From assembly GCA_965261595.1 (NCBI GenBank), contig CBDHDG010000005.1, positions 352,001 to 416,000 on the forward strand: 64,000 nucleotides of DNA. The letters run 5' to 3'. Below the pieces are notes generated by a model that was not told the DNA's origin, made no database searches, and saw only the letters and a program-made list of their open reading frames with translations. The position numbers were made by a program, and so were the translations under genes. Shown one piece after another: positions 18,124 to 28,344 of this stretch (its first letter is position 1; every line of letters starts with the position of its first letter). The DNA comes from a bacterium (GTDB lineage: Bacteria > UBA8248 > JACPRG01 > G963555815).

Positions 18124-19769
18124 TCACCCCACGGGCAGGATGAGGCGGGAGGCCGCCGTGGCCACGAACAGCGTGATGACGCGCTGGTCGATCAGCGCTG
18201 CGTCGCCCGGTTGCGCGCCCGTGCCCGGGTTGATCGCGTAGGCCGGAAATCACGCCCCGGCCAAGCTCAGGCGGAGTCTGCGCCCACGTGGGATTCGGCA
18301 GCAGATCGCACGGAGGGAGAGCCTCAACGGCCCGGTCCGCGCGCCTTCTTCGATCCGCGAATGGCTCTGGGTCAGGGTGAACGCCCGCCCCTCGGGCGTC
18401 ACCTCCGAGACGACGGCCGACAGGTCGAAGTCCGGTACGTCGGACCGGAGCCAAACCTCCAGCGTCACGTCACCGGCCAGGTGCAGGTCTTCTTCCAGCG
18501 GCTCTGAGGTGTAGGTCAGCACGTCCGGCCGCCCATCCACGCCGGACCGCTCCGCGGGGCCGGCCGGGGCGCCAAGGCAGCCCCCCACCGCGGGAACGGG
18601 CCGCCAGGGGTCGAACACCACCGCGTCCTCCCCCCCCCCTCCCCCGTCTCGGGCCCGGGGGCCAGCCCGCCGTTCGTGAGGTCGATGGCCGCCCGCCCGC
18701 CGCTGGTTAGATAGCGGGAGCTGCCTGGCCCGTCCGGCCAGCGGTCGAAAGCGCGCCAGCGCTCGCCGCCCATCTCGTAGAGCAGAACGGGGGGCTCGTC
18801 CAGCAGGCCGGTGTCCACCCCTTTGAGCCAGTGGTCGAACCAACGGATTTGAAGCCGGTCAATGGGGCTCACGGCGCTCGGCCCGTAATCCCGGTCCCCC
18901 GCCTTCGGGCTCCAGGGGGTGTGGACCCAGGGGCCGATCGCCAGGCGCTGGGGACGGCGGCAGCGCGCCGCCCAGTCCCGGTGGCACGCGAGGGTTCCGG
19001 GAAGGAAGGCGTCGAACCATCCTCCGATATGAAGAGCGGGCAGGTCGATGCTCCGGGCGGCGGTCTTGGGGGAGATCCGCTCCCAATAAGGTCCGGGCTT
19101 GGGGTTTGAGACCCAGTCGTCGTAATGACAGTATGCGGCGAACCGCTCGAGCGCCTCGGGCCGGGCCGGCGTCATCCCGTCAAGGGGCAGAGAGCGGGAG
19201 GCGGCGAACAGGGCTTGGTGCGCCTCCGCGTCTCCCTTGCGGCGGGCTGTTTCCGCGGCGAGCTGGACGGCCCAGGCCATGACCAGCTCCAGGCGGAGCG
19301 CTCCGCCCTCGTAGGCGAAGTGTTCGTAGACGTCATAGGCGATCATCGCCGGGCAGATGGCCTTGAGCGCCGGGGCGCCCGAGGCCGCGGCGAAGACCTG
19401 CGCCATCCCCTGATAGGAGAACCCGTACATCCCCACCTCCCCCGTGGCGCCCGGCAGCGCGGCGGACCAGGCGACCGCGTCAAAGCCGTCGTCAAGCTCC
19501 TGGGCCAGGAGATCGAACTCCCCTTCCGAGGTCCCGCGGCCGCGCACGTCCTGAATGACGACGATGTAGCCGTGCCGGGCGTACCAGCTCGGGTGGGCGT
19601 GAGAGACGGTGGAGGCGATGGTCCGGCCGTAAGGCTGGCGCATCAGCAGGACGGGAAAGGGCCCGTCGGCGTCGGGCCGGTGGAGGTCGGCGTCCAGGCG
19701 CACACCGTCCCGGGTCCGCATGGAGACGGTCTCGCGGGGACGAAGGTTGTAGGGTGCGGGGGCGCTCAT
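18124..19769 (-). CDS. CocE/NonD-family serine hydrolase; frameshift in poly-C (~18630-18645) and in-frame TGA at 18250-18252
   Basis: TRDGVRLDAD, RQPYG, QDVRGRGTSEG, GFSYQG nucleophile elbow, GGWFD, IGPWVH; C-domain DVLTYTSEPL..LRLSLAGA*FPAYAINPGTG..SRLILPVG. Confidence 0.8.
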
Positions 19770-19916
19770 GCGGGCGGCCTCCGACGCGCGTGCTTCTTGA
19801 TGGGGTCTCCACGGCGGAAACCGCTCCATCCCGCCGGGCGGGGCGTCGCGTGGATCATATCATTTCCCCATCCCTCTCACGGGAAGGAGGAGGGGAGGGC
19901 GGGCTCGACGAAAACC

Positions 19917-19946
19917 CTGTAAAAAGAGGGGGCGATTCGGTATAAT
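19917..19946 (+). promoter_or_regulatory. Candidate sigma70 promoter for the ABC operon
   Basis: Perfect TATAAT at 19941-19946; weak -35 (CTGTAA) 18 nt upstream; implies a ~200-nt leader. Confidence 0.45.
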
Positions 19947-20155
19947 TCTGTCTTCATCAGGATTGTGAACGTCGTAGTCGAAGCAGGTGGGGGACCCTCG
20001 ACGCATCCGATGGCTGTGAGGGTTTCAGGTCAACGCGGCGAAATCCAGCGGAGGGTTGGATTCGCCCGAAGCGCGGATTCCGCAAAATCGCTCCCCGATC
20101 CCGGGGAGTCCGGTTCGAGCGGAACGCCGTGCTTGATCAGAAAGGGGAGAATGCG

Positions 20156-21174
20156 ATGTTGAAGAGAATCGTCCAACGAACCGCGTCTCGCTTGATCTGG
20201 AAGGCAGTCCTGACCGCGTTCTTCGTCCTCGTGGCGGCGGGCGCGGCGTCCTCGGCGGAGCGGGTCAGGTTCATGACCAACTGGAAGGCCCAGGCCGAGC
20301 ACGGGGGCTTCTACCAGGCGATCGCCACGGGGATTTACAAGAAATACGGCCTGGACGTGAAGCTCCGCATGGGCGGACCGGGGGCCAACAACTCTCAGCT
20401 TCTGGCCGGGGGCGCGATCGACATCAACCTGGCCACCAACACCTCCCAGGCCTGAACTTTCTGAAGAACAACGTCCCCATGATCACCGTCGCGGCGATCT
20501 ACCAGAAAGACCCGCAGGTCCTGATCTCCCATCCGGGGCAGGGCAACGACTCCATCGCCGCCATGCAGGGCAAGCCGATCCTGATCTCGACGGCCGCCCG
20601 GACGACCTGGTGGCAGTTTTTCAAGATCAAGTATGGCTTCAAGGATCGTCAGATCCGCCGCTACACCTTCCAGATGGCCCCGTTCCTGGTGAACAAGAAG
20701 GCCATTCAGCAGGGGTATGTGACCAGCGAGCCGTTTTACATCAAAAAGGAGGGGGTTGACCCGATCGTCAACCTGATTGCCGACGCCGGCTGGCCGAGCT
20801 ACTCGGCGATGCTCACGACGTCCAAAGACTGGGTTGACAATAAGACGGACGTGGTGCGGAAATTCGTGAACGGGAGCATCGAGGGCTGGTACAGCTATCT
20901 CTATGGCAATCCCGCTCCCGCGAACGTGTTGATCCGGAAAGACAACAAAGAAATGAAAGACGCGCAAATCGTATTCGGCATCGCCCAGATGAAAAAGCAC
21001 GGGATCGTCGATTCGGGCGACGCCAAGAAGCTGGGCATCGGCACCATGACGCAGGCGCGCCTCAAGGCCTTTTTCGAGGTCATGTCCCAGGCCGGGCTGT
21101 TCGACAAGAACCTGCCCTATATGAAGGCCTTCGATCTGCGCTTCGTCAACAAAAAGCATGGCATGAAGATGTAG
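20156..21174 (+). CDS. ABC substrate-binding protein, NMT1/THI5/SsuA type; 1-nt deletion near 20452
   Basis: Signal peptide; TNWKAQAEHGGFYQA; restoring one C (GCC CTG AAC) joins ORFs 20129..20455 and 20479..21174; QKDPQ, QQGYVTSEP. Confidence 0.88.
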
Positions 21175-21272
21175 CGGTTTTTCGGTGTCCGCCGGCCGGC
21201 GCGGTCCATCCGCCGGCTGGCGGACTGTCCACCATGTTCCCGCACGCGGCGGGGGAGGGGTTCCACCGAGCC

Positions 21273-22049
21273 ATGGCCGGACCCATCGTGACCCTTTCGA
21301 ACGTAGACAAGGTCTATTCCAACGGCGTCGTGGCGCTGAGGGACTTTGACTTGGCCGTCGCCGAGTCCGAGTTTGTCAGCCTGTTGGGCCCCTCGGGTTG
21401 CGGCAAAAGCACCGGCCTGCGCCTGATCGCCGGATTGGGCGATTTGACCGGCGGCCGGATCGACTGGTCCGAGACCGCGCGCGAAACGCGGAACGGGAAC
21501 AGCCGGAACATCGGCTTTGTGTTCCAGGAGCCTACGCTGATGCCCTGGGCCACGGTGTTCGACAATGTACGGCTGCCGCTCAAGCTCGGCGGCGTCCCGA
21601 AATCAAAGGCCGGGGACCGGGTGAACGAAGTGCTCGGGATGGTTCACCTGAACGGGTTCGAGGGGGCCTATCCGCGCGAGTTGTCGGGGGGGATGAGGAT
21701 GCGCGTGTCCATCGCCCGGGCGCTCGTGACCCGGCCCGACATCCTCCTCATGGATGAGCCTTTCGCCGCCTTGGATGAGATCACGCGCTTCAAGCTCAAT
21801 GCCGACCTGTTGGAGCTTTGGAGCGGCCAGCGCCTGACCGTTATCTTCGTGACCCACAGCGTGTATGAGTCCGTCTTCCTGTCGAACCGGATCTGCGTCA
21901 TGGCGGCGCGGCCGGGAAGGGTGATCCGGGAGATTGCGATCAACGCGCCCTATCCGCGCGATGAGGGCTTTCGCACCTCCCCGGTTTACAACGATTTTTG
22001 CCGCCAGGTGTCCGGCCTCCTCCACGAGGCCATGGGGGCCGGCGGTTGA
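21273..22049 (+). CDS. ABC ATP-binding protein (NitT/TauT type)
   Basis: GPSGCGKS, FVFQEPTL, LSGGMRMR, LLMDEPF, VTH. Confidence 0.95.
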   Translation: MAGPIVTLSNVDKVYSNGVVALRDFDLAVAESEFVSLLGPSGCGKSTGLRLIAGLGDLTGGRIDWSETARETRNGNSRNIGFVFQEPTLMPWATVFDNVRLPLKLGGVPKSKAGDRVNEVLGMVHLNGFEGAYPRELSGGMRMRVSIARALVTRPDILLMDEPFAALDEITRFKLNADLLELWSGQRLTVIFVTHSVYESVFLSNRICVMAARPGRVIREIAINAPYPRDEGFRTSPVYNDFCRQVSGLLHEAMGAGG

Positions 22050-22063
22050 AGCATGATGAGCCG

Positions 22064-22973
22064 ATGACGGCCAACCCGCAAACGCTCACGGCCGAGGCCC
22101 CGAAGGCCCGGCGGGATTTCGAGGACCTGCCGCCCGTGCGGAAGGAAGATCGGCGGATTCTCGGCGTCCGGGTTTCCCTGTTCCCCAAAATTTTGGCCCC
22201 CATTGTGGTGGGGGTGCTCGCCCTCATTGTCTGGCATCTGATCGTTGTTTTCTTCGATATGCCACACTATGTGCTGCCCCGCCCCTGGTTGGTGATTCAG
22301 ACGTTGTTCAAGGACTGGGGCACGCTTTCACCCTCCTTGTGGGTCACGCTCAGGATCACGGGGTTGGCCTTCCTGTGCGCCGCCGTCGGGGGGTTGGTCA
22401 TCTCCGTGCGGTTCACCTTGTCCAAATGGGTGGAGATGAGCTTCTTCCCGTACGCCGTGACGCTTCAGGTGACGCCCATTGTGGCCATCGCCCCGTTGAT
22501 CATCATCTGGGCCGGGAATGTGTTTCCGGATCGGGGCATCGATATCGCGCTGTTGATTTCCGCCTGGATCGTTGCCTTTTTCCCCATCGTCTCGAACACC
22601 ACGCTCGGACTCAACAGCACCGATCACAACCTCCTGAACCTGTTCCAGCTCTACGGGGCGTCGCGGTGGCAGATTCTGTGGCGCCTGCGCCTGCCCAACG
22701 CGCTGCCCTACTTCCTGGGCGGCCTGCGGATCAGCGGGGGACTCGCCCTGATCGGCGCGGTGGTGGCGGAGTTCGTGTCCGGAACCGGCGGGGACGCCTC
22801 GGGGCTGGCCTATCGCATCCTGGAATCGGGTTACCGGCTCAACATCCCGCGCATGTTCGCGGCGTTGTTCATGATCTCCCTCTCCGGCATCCTGATCTTC
22901 CTTGTCCTGACGCTTCTCCAGCACCTGTTGCTCCGGCAAGTGGCACGAGAGCGCGGTGAAACGGGAAAACTAG
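22064..22973 (+). CDS. ABC permease (NitT/TauT type); +1 insertion near 22936
   Basis: LQVTPIVAIAPL, LRLPNALPY, LIGAVVAEF; removing one base gives the typical end LLRKWHESAVKREN-TAG (22971-22973). Confidence 0.88.
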
Positions 22974-23023
22974 AGCGCCCTGGAAGGGCCGGTCCGGCCT
23001 GGAAAAATGAGGAGGATGGCGCC

Positions 23024-24445
23024 ATGCGCCCGAAACGGAAAGAGATCGACTGGGAGGCCTTCGCCCGGGCCCTGGACGGCGTGCCGGCGAGTCTCGACCC
23101 GGCCCTGGTTCGGCAGAAGTCCCGCGACTACTACTGGTTCAGCCCAATCCTCAAGTGGACCCTGAAAGACAAGATCGGCGACATCGTGATCACCCCCCGC
23201 GACGAGGAAGAGGTCGTCCGGGCCGCCCGTACCTGTGTGGCGTGGCGGGTTCCGATCACGGTCCGGGCCGGCGGCACGGGCAATTACGGCCAGGCCATGC
23301 CGACCGAGGGCGGCGCCATCCTTGACGTCACGCGGCTGAACGCCGTTAAATGGATCAAACCGGGAATCATCCGGTGCGAGGCGGGGCTGATGCTGGACGC
23401 ACTGGATGAAGAGGCCCGGAAGACCGGCTGGGAGATTCGCCTCTATCCGTCGACCAAGCGCACGGCGACGGTCGGCGGCCACGTGGCCGGGGGCAGCGGG
23501 GGCGTGGGATCCATCCGGCACGGCCTGCTCCGCGACCCGGGCAACGTCAACGTCGTTCGCGTCGTGACGCTGGAGGACGAGCCCCGGATTCTGGAGTTGC
23601 GGGGGCGCGACATCAACAAGGTGAATCACGCCTACGGAACCAACGGGATTGTCACCGAGCTGGAGATGCCCCTTACGCCCGCGTTCCCCTGGGCCGACCT
23701 CATCGCGGTCTTCGGCGACTTCATGACCGCGGCCCGCTTCGGCCAGGCCCTGGGTGAAGCCGACGGCGTCGTCGTCAACGAGTGCAGCGTTTTCGCCTGG
23801 CCGATTCCCGAGTACTTCAAGCCGCTGGGCGAATTCATCCCCGACGGGAGCGCGACCGCCTTTTGTCTGGTCGCCGAGTCGTCGGTAGAATGGTTCGAGT
23901 GCCTCGTGGCCGATTTCGGGGGGTCGGTGTGTTACCACAAGAGCGCGGCGGAGTCCGCCCGGACCACGCCACTCTACGAATATACCTGGAACCACACCAC
24001 GTTATACGCCATCAAGGCGGACCCCTCGATGACCTATCTCCAGACCCTGTTCGAGCCCGGCCGCAGTCTGGAATTGGCCGAGCGCTTCTACGAGCACTTC
24101 GGCGACGAGACCCCGATGCATCTGGAATTCGTCCGGCTGGGCGGGAAGGTCGGGGCCTTCGCCGTGCAACTGGTTCGCTATACGACCGATGAGCGGATGG
24201 ACGAGATCATCGAATACCTCGAAGAGCACGGCGCGCCGGTGTTCAACCCGCATACGCCCGTTTTGGAAGACGGCGGGATGAAGGTCGTGGACGTCGAGCA
24301 GCTCGAATTCAAGAAGGTCGCCGACCCTTATGGTCTCTCCAATCCCGGAAAAATGCGCGCCTGGTGGGAGGAAGGCCGGGCGGAGATCCGGAAGGAGGGG
24401 GCCCTGTATCCCGTCCGCGAGGGGGGCAAGGTTTTCGAGGGGTGA
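23024..24445 (+). CDS. FAD-binding oxidoreductase (FAD_binding_4/GlcD-like)
   Basis: Own GAGGAGG RBS; KSRDYYWFSP, RAGGTGNYGQ, ATVGGHVAGGSGG, HAYGTNGI, DPYGLSNPGK. Confidence 0.88.
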   Translation: MRPKRKEIDWEAFARALDGVPASLDPALVRQKSRDYYWFSPILKWTLKDKIGDIVITPRDEEEVVRAARTCVAWRVPITVRAGGTGNYGQAMPTEGGAILDVTRLNAVKWIKPGIIRCEAGLMLDALDEEARKTGWEIRLYPSTKRTATVGGHVAGGSGGVGSIRHGLLRDPGNVNVVRVVTLEDEPRILELRGRDINKVNHAYGTNGIVTELEMPLTPAFPWADLIAVFGDFMTAARFGQALGEADGVVVNECSVFAWPIPEYFKPLGEFIPDGSATAFCLVAESSVEWFECLVADFGGSVCYHKSAAESARTTPLYEYTWNHTTLYAIKADPSMTYLQTLFEPGRSLELAERFYEHFGDETPMHLEFVRLGGKVGAFAVQLVRYTTDERMDEIIEYLEEHGAPVFNPHTPVLEDGGMKVVDVEQLEFKKVADPYGLSNPGKMRAWWEEGRAEIRKEGALYPVREGGKVFEG

Positions 24446-24510
24446 ACGGTCCGGCTTCAAGGATCGGCGAGGCTCCCCCCCCCCAGTCATTCGGCCCGAG
24501 GAGGGTTTTG

Positions 24511-26802
24511 TTGACCGGCGTTCGATACATCGGGGCGGATGTGCCCAGAGAGGACGGGAGAGAGAAGAGCACCGGCGCCGCCCGGTACGCCACCGATTTC
24601 TATCCCGAGGACGCCCTCCATGTGCGGATCGTGCGGAGCCGCAGACCGCACGCCCGCATCCGCTCCATCCGGACCGAGAACGCCCGGCGCGCCGCCGGCG
24701 TCGAGACCATCGTCACGGGTCGGGATTATCCGGACTTTTATTGGGGAACCTTCATCCGGGACCAGACCCTGTTCGCCGTGGACAAGGTGCGTTACGTGGG
24801 CCAGCCCGTCGCGGCGTTGGCGGGAGGCGACGGCGACGCCCTGGCCGAGGCCGGGGATCTCATCGAAATCGAGTATGAGGACCTCCCGGCCGTTTTCAAC
24901 GCGCCGGACGCCCTGTCCGCCGGGGCGCCCATCCTCCATGAAGATCTCGGGAGCTATGAGCGCGTTCCCGGGATTGTCTTCCCCTCGCCGGGCACGAACG
25001 TGTGCAACCACTTCAAGCTCAGAAAGGGAAACGTCGAGGAAGGGTTTGACCGCGCCGATTTCGTCTTCGAGGACGCCTACCGGATCCCGATGGTGCAGCA
25101 CTGCCCGATGGAGCCGCACGCCTGCGTCGCCCTGTTCGAGACGGGCGGAAAGCTGACCCTCCACACCTCGACGCAAGGGCCGCACTTGGTGCGGAAGCAG
25201 GTGGCCGAGGCCCTGCGCCTCGATCTGTCACAGGTCCGGGTCGTGGCGCCTTACTGCGGGGGCGGATTCGGCGGAAAAATCAGCGCCGTCGCCGAGGTCC
25301 TGAGCGCCTCGGTCGCCCTCAAGCTCCCGGGCCGGCCGGTGCGGTTGATCTTCGACCGGGAGGAAGAGTTCGGAAGCTCCTTCGTCCGGCAGGAGTTCTA
25401 CGCGGAATATAAAACGGGCGTGATGAAGGATGGCGTCATCGTGGCCCGCCGGGCGAAGCTGATCTGGGACGCCGGGGCGTATGGGGACTATGAGGCGTCC
25501 GTCGCCCGGACGGCGGGTGCCAACGCCGCCGGCCCGTACCGCATCCCCAACGTCTGGATCGATTCATACTGCGTTTACACCAACAAGCCCGTCGCGGGGG
25601 CGTTCCGGGGGTTCGGTGTCTCGGAGGTCTGCTTCGCCTACGAGCAGCAGCTCGACCGGATCGCCGCGGCGCTGGGGATGGACCCCCTGGAGATCCGGAT
25701 GAAGAACGCTGTGCGCGAGGGCGACGAGCACGCCACGGGACAGGTCCTCAAGGGTGTGGGTCTCGATGAATGTCTCCGGAGGGTGAGCCGGGCGCTGGGG
25801 GCGATCGGCGACGCCCTGGACGGCTCGGCCGGGACGAAACGGCGCGGACGCGGTATCGCCTGCATGACGAAGTCCACGGTGGCCGAGGTTCAGGCGGATG
25901 CGGAGATCGTGGTCCGGGAGGACGGATCGGTCCTCCTCAAGACGAGCGCCATGGAGCACGGACAGGGGGCCCACACCGTTCTGAGGCAGATGGCCGCGGA
26001 GGAGCTGGGGTGCGACGTGGCCGACGTGATGGTGGATGTCGTGGATACGGATACGAGCCCGTATACGTCTCAGACATCGGCGAGCAAGACGACCTTCTTC
26101 GACGGCAACGCGGTCCGGATGGCGGCCGCGGAAGCCAAGCGTCAGCTTCTGGGGAGGGCCTCGCGGGCGCTCGAAGCGGACCCGGAAGACCTCTCCGTCG
26201 AGGGGGGACGCGTTCATGCCCGGGGAGCGCCCGGGCGGAGTTTTTCCATCGCGGAGCTGGTGGACGGGGAGGGACCGATCGTCGCCCGGGAGAGTTTCAA
26301 ACTGGAGGACGCCACCGGCATCGATCCCGAGACCGGGCAGGGGAAGCGGCCGGCGGCCTTTCAGATGTACGCGGCGCAGGGGGCCGAAATCGAGGTCGAC
26401 CTCGAGACGGGCCGGATCGAAGTGCTGAGACTGGCGGCGGCGCACGACGTGGGACGGGCGATCCACCCGAGGGGCTGCGAAGGCCAGATCGAGGGCACCC
26501 TGATTCAGGGCGTGGGGACGGCGCTGTTCGAGGAGCTGCGGTGCGAGGACGGCGCGCCCGTCAACGGAAACCTGGGCGATTACAAGATCCCGTGCGCCCT
26601 CGACGCGCCCCGGATGGGGCCGATCCTCGTCGAAGCCGCGATCCCCGACGGCCCCTGGGGGGCGAAGGGCGTCGGCGAGCCGGGTCTTGTGCCGACCGCG
26701 GCCGCCATCGGCAACGCCTTTTTCTCGGCGACCGGCCGGCAGCTCAAGGCTCTGCCGTTCATCCCGGAAAAGGTCCTGGCGGCGTTGGGCGGGGACGGGT
26801 GA
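24511..26802 (+). CDS. Xanthine dehydrogenase-family molybdopterin-binding large subunit 1
   Basis: EKSTGAARY, QHCPMEPH, TQGP, GGGFGGK, AFRGFG, EHGQG, AHDVGRAI, GAKGVGEP; start approximate (GAGGAGG then TTG). Confidence 0.92.
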   Translation: MTGVRYIGADVPREDGREKSTGAARYATDFYPEDALHVRIVRSRRPHARIRSIRTENARRAAGVETIVTGRDYPDFYWGTFIRDQTLFAVDKVRYVGQPVAALAGGDGDALAEAGDLIEIEYEDLPAVFNAPDALSAGAPILHEDLGSYERVPGIVFPSPGTNVCNHFKLRKGNVEEGFDRADFVFEDAYRIPMVQHCPMEPHACVALFETGGKLTLHTSTQGPHLVRKQVAEALRLDLSQVRVVAPYCGGGFGGKISAVAEVLSASVALKLPGRPVRLIFDREEEFGSSFVRQEFYAEYKTGVMKDGVIVARRAKLIWDAGAYGDYEASVARTAGANAAGPYRIPNVWIDSYCVYTNKPVAGAFRGFGVSEVCFAYEQQLDRIAAALGMDPLEIRMKNAVREGDEHATGQVLKGVGLDECLRRVSRALGAIGDALDGSAGTKRRGRGIACMTKSTVAEVQADAEIVVREDGSVLLKTSAMEHGQGAHTVLRQMAAEELGCDVADVMVDVVDTDTSPYTSQTSASKTTFFDGNAVRMAAAEAKRQLLGRASRALEADPEDLSVEGGRVHARGAPGRSFSIAELVDGEGPIVARESFKLEDATGIDPETGQGKRPAAFQMYAAQGAEIEVDLETGRIEVLRLAAAHDVGRAIHPRGCEGQIEGTLIQGVGTALFEELRCEDGAPVNGNLGDYKIPCALDAPRMGPILVEAAIPDGPWGAKGVGEPGLVPTAAAIGNAFFSATGRQLKALPFIPEKVLAALGGDG

Positions 26803-26891
26803 GGTGAAGCGGGCCGCCCCGCTCCTGTTGGATTGAGCTATGATTTGCGCCAGTCAACCCTGACGCTGTTCCGGATGAAGGAGGTCCGACC

Positions 26892-26915
26892 GGTAGGCCG
26901 GGCATCTTGCCCGGC
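26892..26915. repeat. GTAG-type REP palindrome
   Basis: GGTAGGCCGGGCATCTTGCCCGGC, a variant of the copies at 16349 and 56899. Confidence 0.7.
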
Positions 26916-27030
26916 GCAAGGAACAATTTGAGTCTCGAAGGGTAAAGCCGTTTGCGAGAGATTTCGCTGGCGGGTCCCGATCCATCCGGACGTGTCCGGC
27001 ATCACACGATGATCATCCTCGGGAGGCAAG

Positions 27031-28326
27031 ATGAAGACAGACCGGAAGTTGTTGGAAAAGGTCTGGTCGAAGGTCGATCAGAAGGAGCTGGTTTCGCTGG
27101 CGATGAAGCTTGTCGACATCCCCAGCACCACGGGAAGCGAAGAACCCGCCGCCCGGCTTTTGGTGGACTGGCTGAACGAGCGGGACATCCCCGCTTTCTA
27201 CCAGGAGGTCGAGCCGGGCCGCGGAAACATGGTCGGCCGCCTCAAGGGGTCCGGCGACGGGCCCACGCTGATGTTCAACGGCCACCTGGACACGGCCCTT
27301 TCGAGCGATCCGCAGGACGCCCTGTTCGCGGGCCGCATCAAGCCCGAATGGATGGCCCATGCGCGCAAGGTCAAAAACCTTATCTACGGCAGCGGGATCG
27401 TCAACGACAAGGGGCCGCTCTGCTGCTCCCTGATGGCCGCCTACGCCCTCAAGAAGTCGGGGGTCAAGCTGAAGGGCGACATTGTTTTGACGGGGGTTTG
27501 CAGCGAAATCGGCCGGGCGCCCATCGATCAGTACCAGGGCGCGCCCTACCGGGGTAAGGGCATCGGGATGCGGTACATGCTGACCCACGGGGTAGTGGCC
27601 GACTACGCCATCGTCGTCGAGCCCTCCCGCCTCGGGATCACCTGGGCTCAGGCGGGGGCGGTGTTCATCAAGATCACCGTCTGGGGCGAGCCGATGTATG
27701 CGCCCTTCGTCCAGCACCCCAAAGACCTGTCGAAGAGCAAGAACGCCGTCGTCAAGATGAGCACGCTGATCGAGCCGCTCGAAGCGTGGGCGCGCCGGTA
27801 CGAGAAGGAGCACACCTATAAGTTCGGCGCGGGCAAGCTCGTGCCCAAGGTCAACATCGGCGCCATCATGGGGGGCGCGCCGTTCAAGCCCAACTTCTCG
27901 CCAGCCGTCTGCAACCTGTACGTCGAGGCCTTCACGAAGCCGGGGACGCGGCCCATCGATGTCCTGCGCGAAGTGGAAGAGGTCCTTCAGGCCACGGGCG
28001 TGGAAGCCGATTCGGAGCTTTATCTTTCGGTGCTGGGGTATGAGGCGAAAGGGGCCGAGCCGCTGGTGGAAGCCATGCGGGGGGCCTACCGGGCGGTGCG
28101 GAACCGAGCGCCCAAGCCGATGCAGACCGAGCTGAACAGCACGTATGCCGACCTCACCATCCTGGTGGAGATGGGCATCCCGGCCATCAAGTGCGGACCC
28201 GCGCCGGAAGACCCCAACCTCAGACCGGCCACCGGGGAGGTCCAAAGGGTCGAGGACCTGGTGGACGCGACGAAGATGTACTGCGCGGCCGCCATCGAGG
28301 TCTGCAACCACCTGCCGAGGACGTGA
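27031..28326 (+). CDS. M20-family metallohydrolase, 5-nitroanthranilate aminohydrolase (NaaA)-like subtype
   Basis: FNGHLDT, IVNDKGP, VLTGVCSEI, AIVVEP, VPKVNIGAIMGG, GYEAKGAEPL; lacks the canonical EE pair and C-terminal His. Confidence 0.8.
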   Translation: MKTDRKLLEKVWSKVDQKELVSLAMKLVDIPSTTGSEEPAARLLVDWLNERDIPAFYQEVEPGRGNMVGRLKGSGDGPTLMFNGHLDTALSSDPQDALFAGRIKPEWMAHARKVKNLIYGSGIVNDKGPLCCSLMAAYALKKSGVKLKGDIVLTGVCSEIGRAPIDQYQGAPYRGKGIGMRYMLTHGVVADYAIVVEPSRLGITWAQAGAVFIKITVWGEPMYAPFVQHPKDLSKSKNAVVKMSTLIEPLEAWARRYEKEHTYKFGAGKLVPKVNIGAIMGGAPFKPNFSPAVCNLYVEAFTKPGTRPIDVLREVEEVLQATGVEADSELYLSVLGYEAKGAEPLVEAMRGAYRAVRNRAPKPMQTELNSTYADLTILVEMGIPAIKCGPAPEDPNLRPATGEVQRVEDLVDATKMYCAAAIEVCNHLPRT

Positions 28327-28344
28327 TGGATCGAGAACCGAAAT

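Noticed and set aside
20453..20455. TGA in the binding-protein gene as selenocysteine or read-through
   Set aside because: The downstream coding region is in a different frame; a missing C explains it.
21998..24445. Apparent ABC permease-FAD oxidoreductase fusion (815 aa)
   Set aside because: One extra base near 22936 hides the normal permease end WHESAVKREN-TAG, and the oxidoreductase has its own RBS and ATG at 23024.
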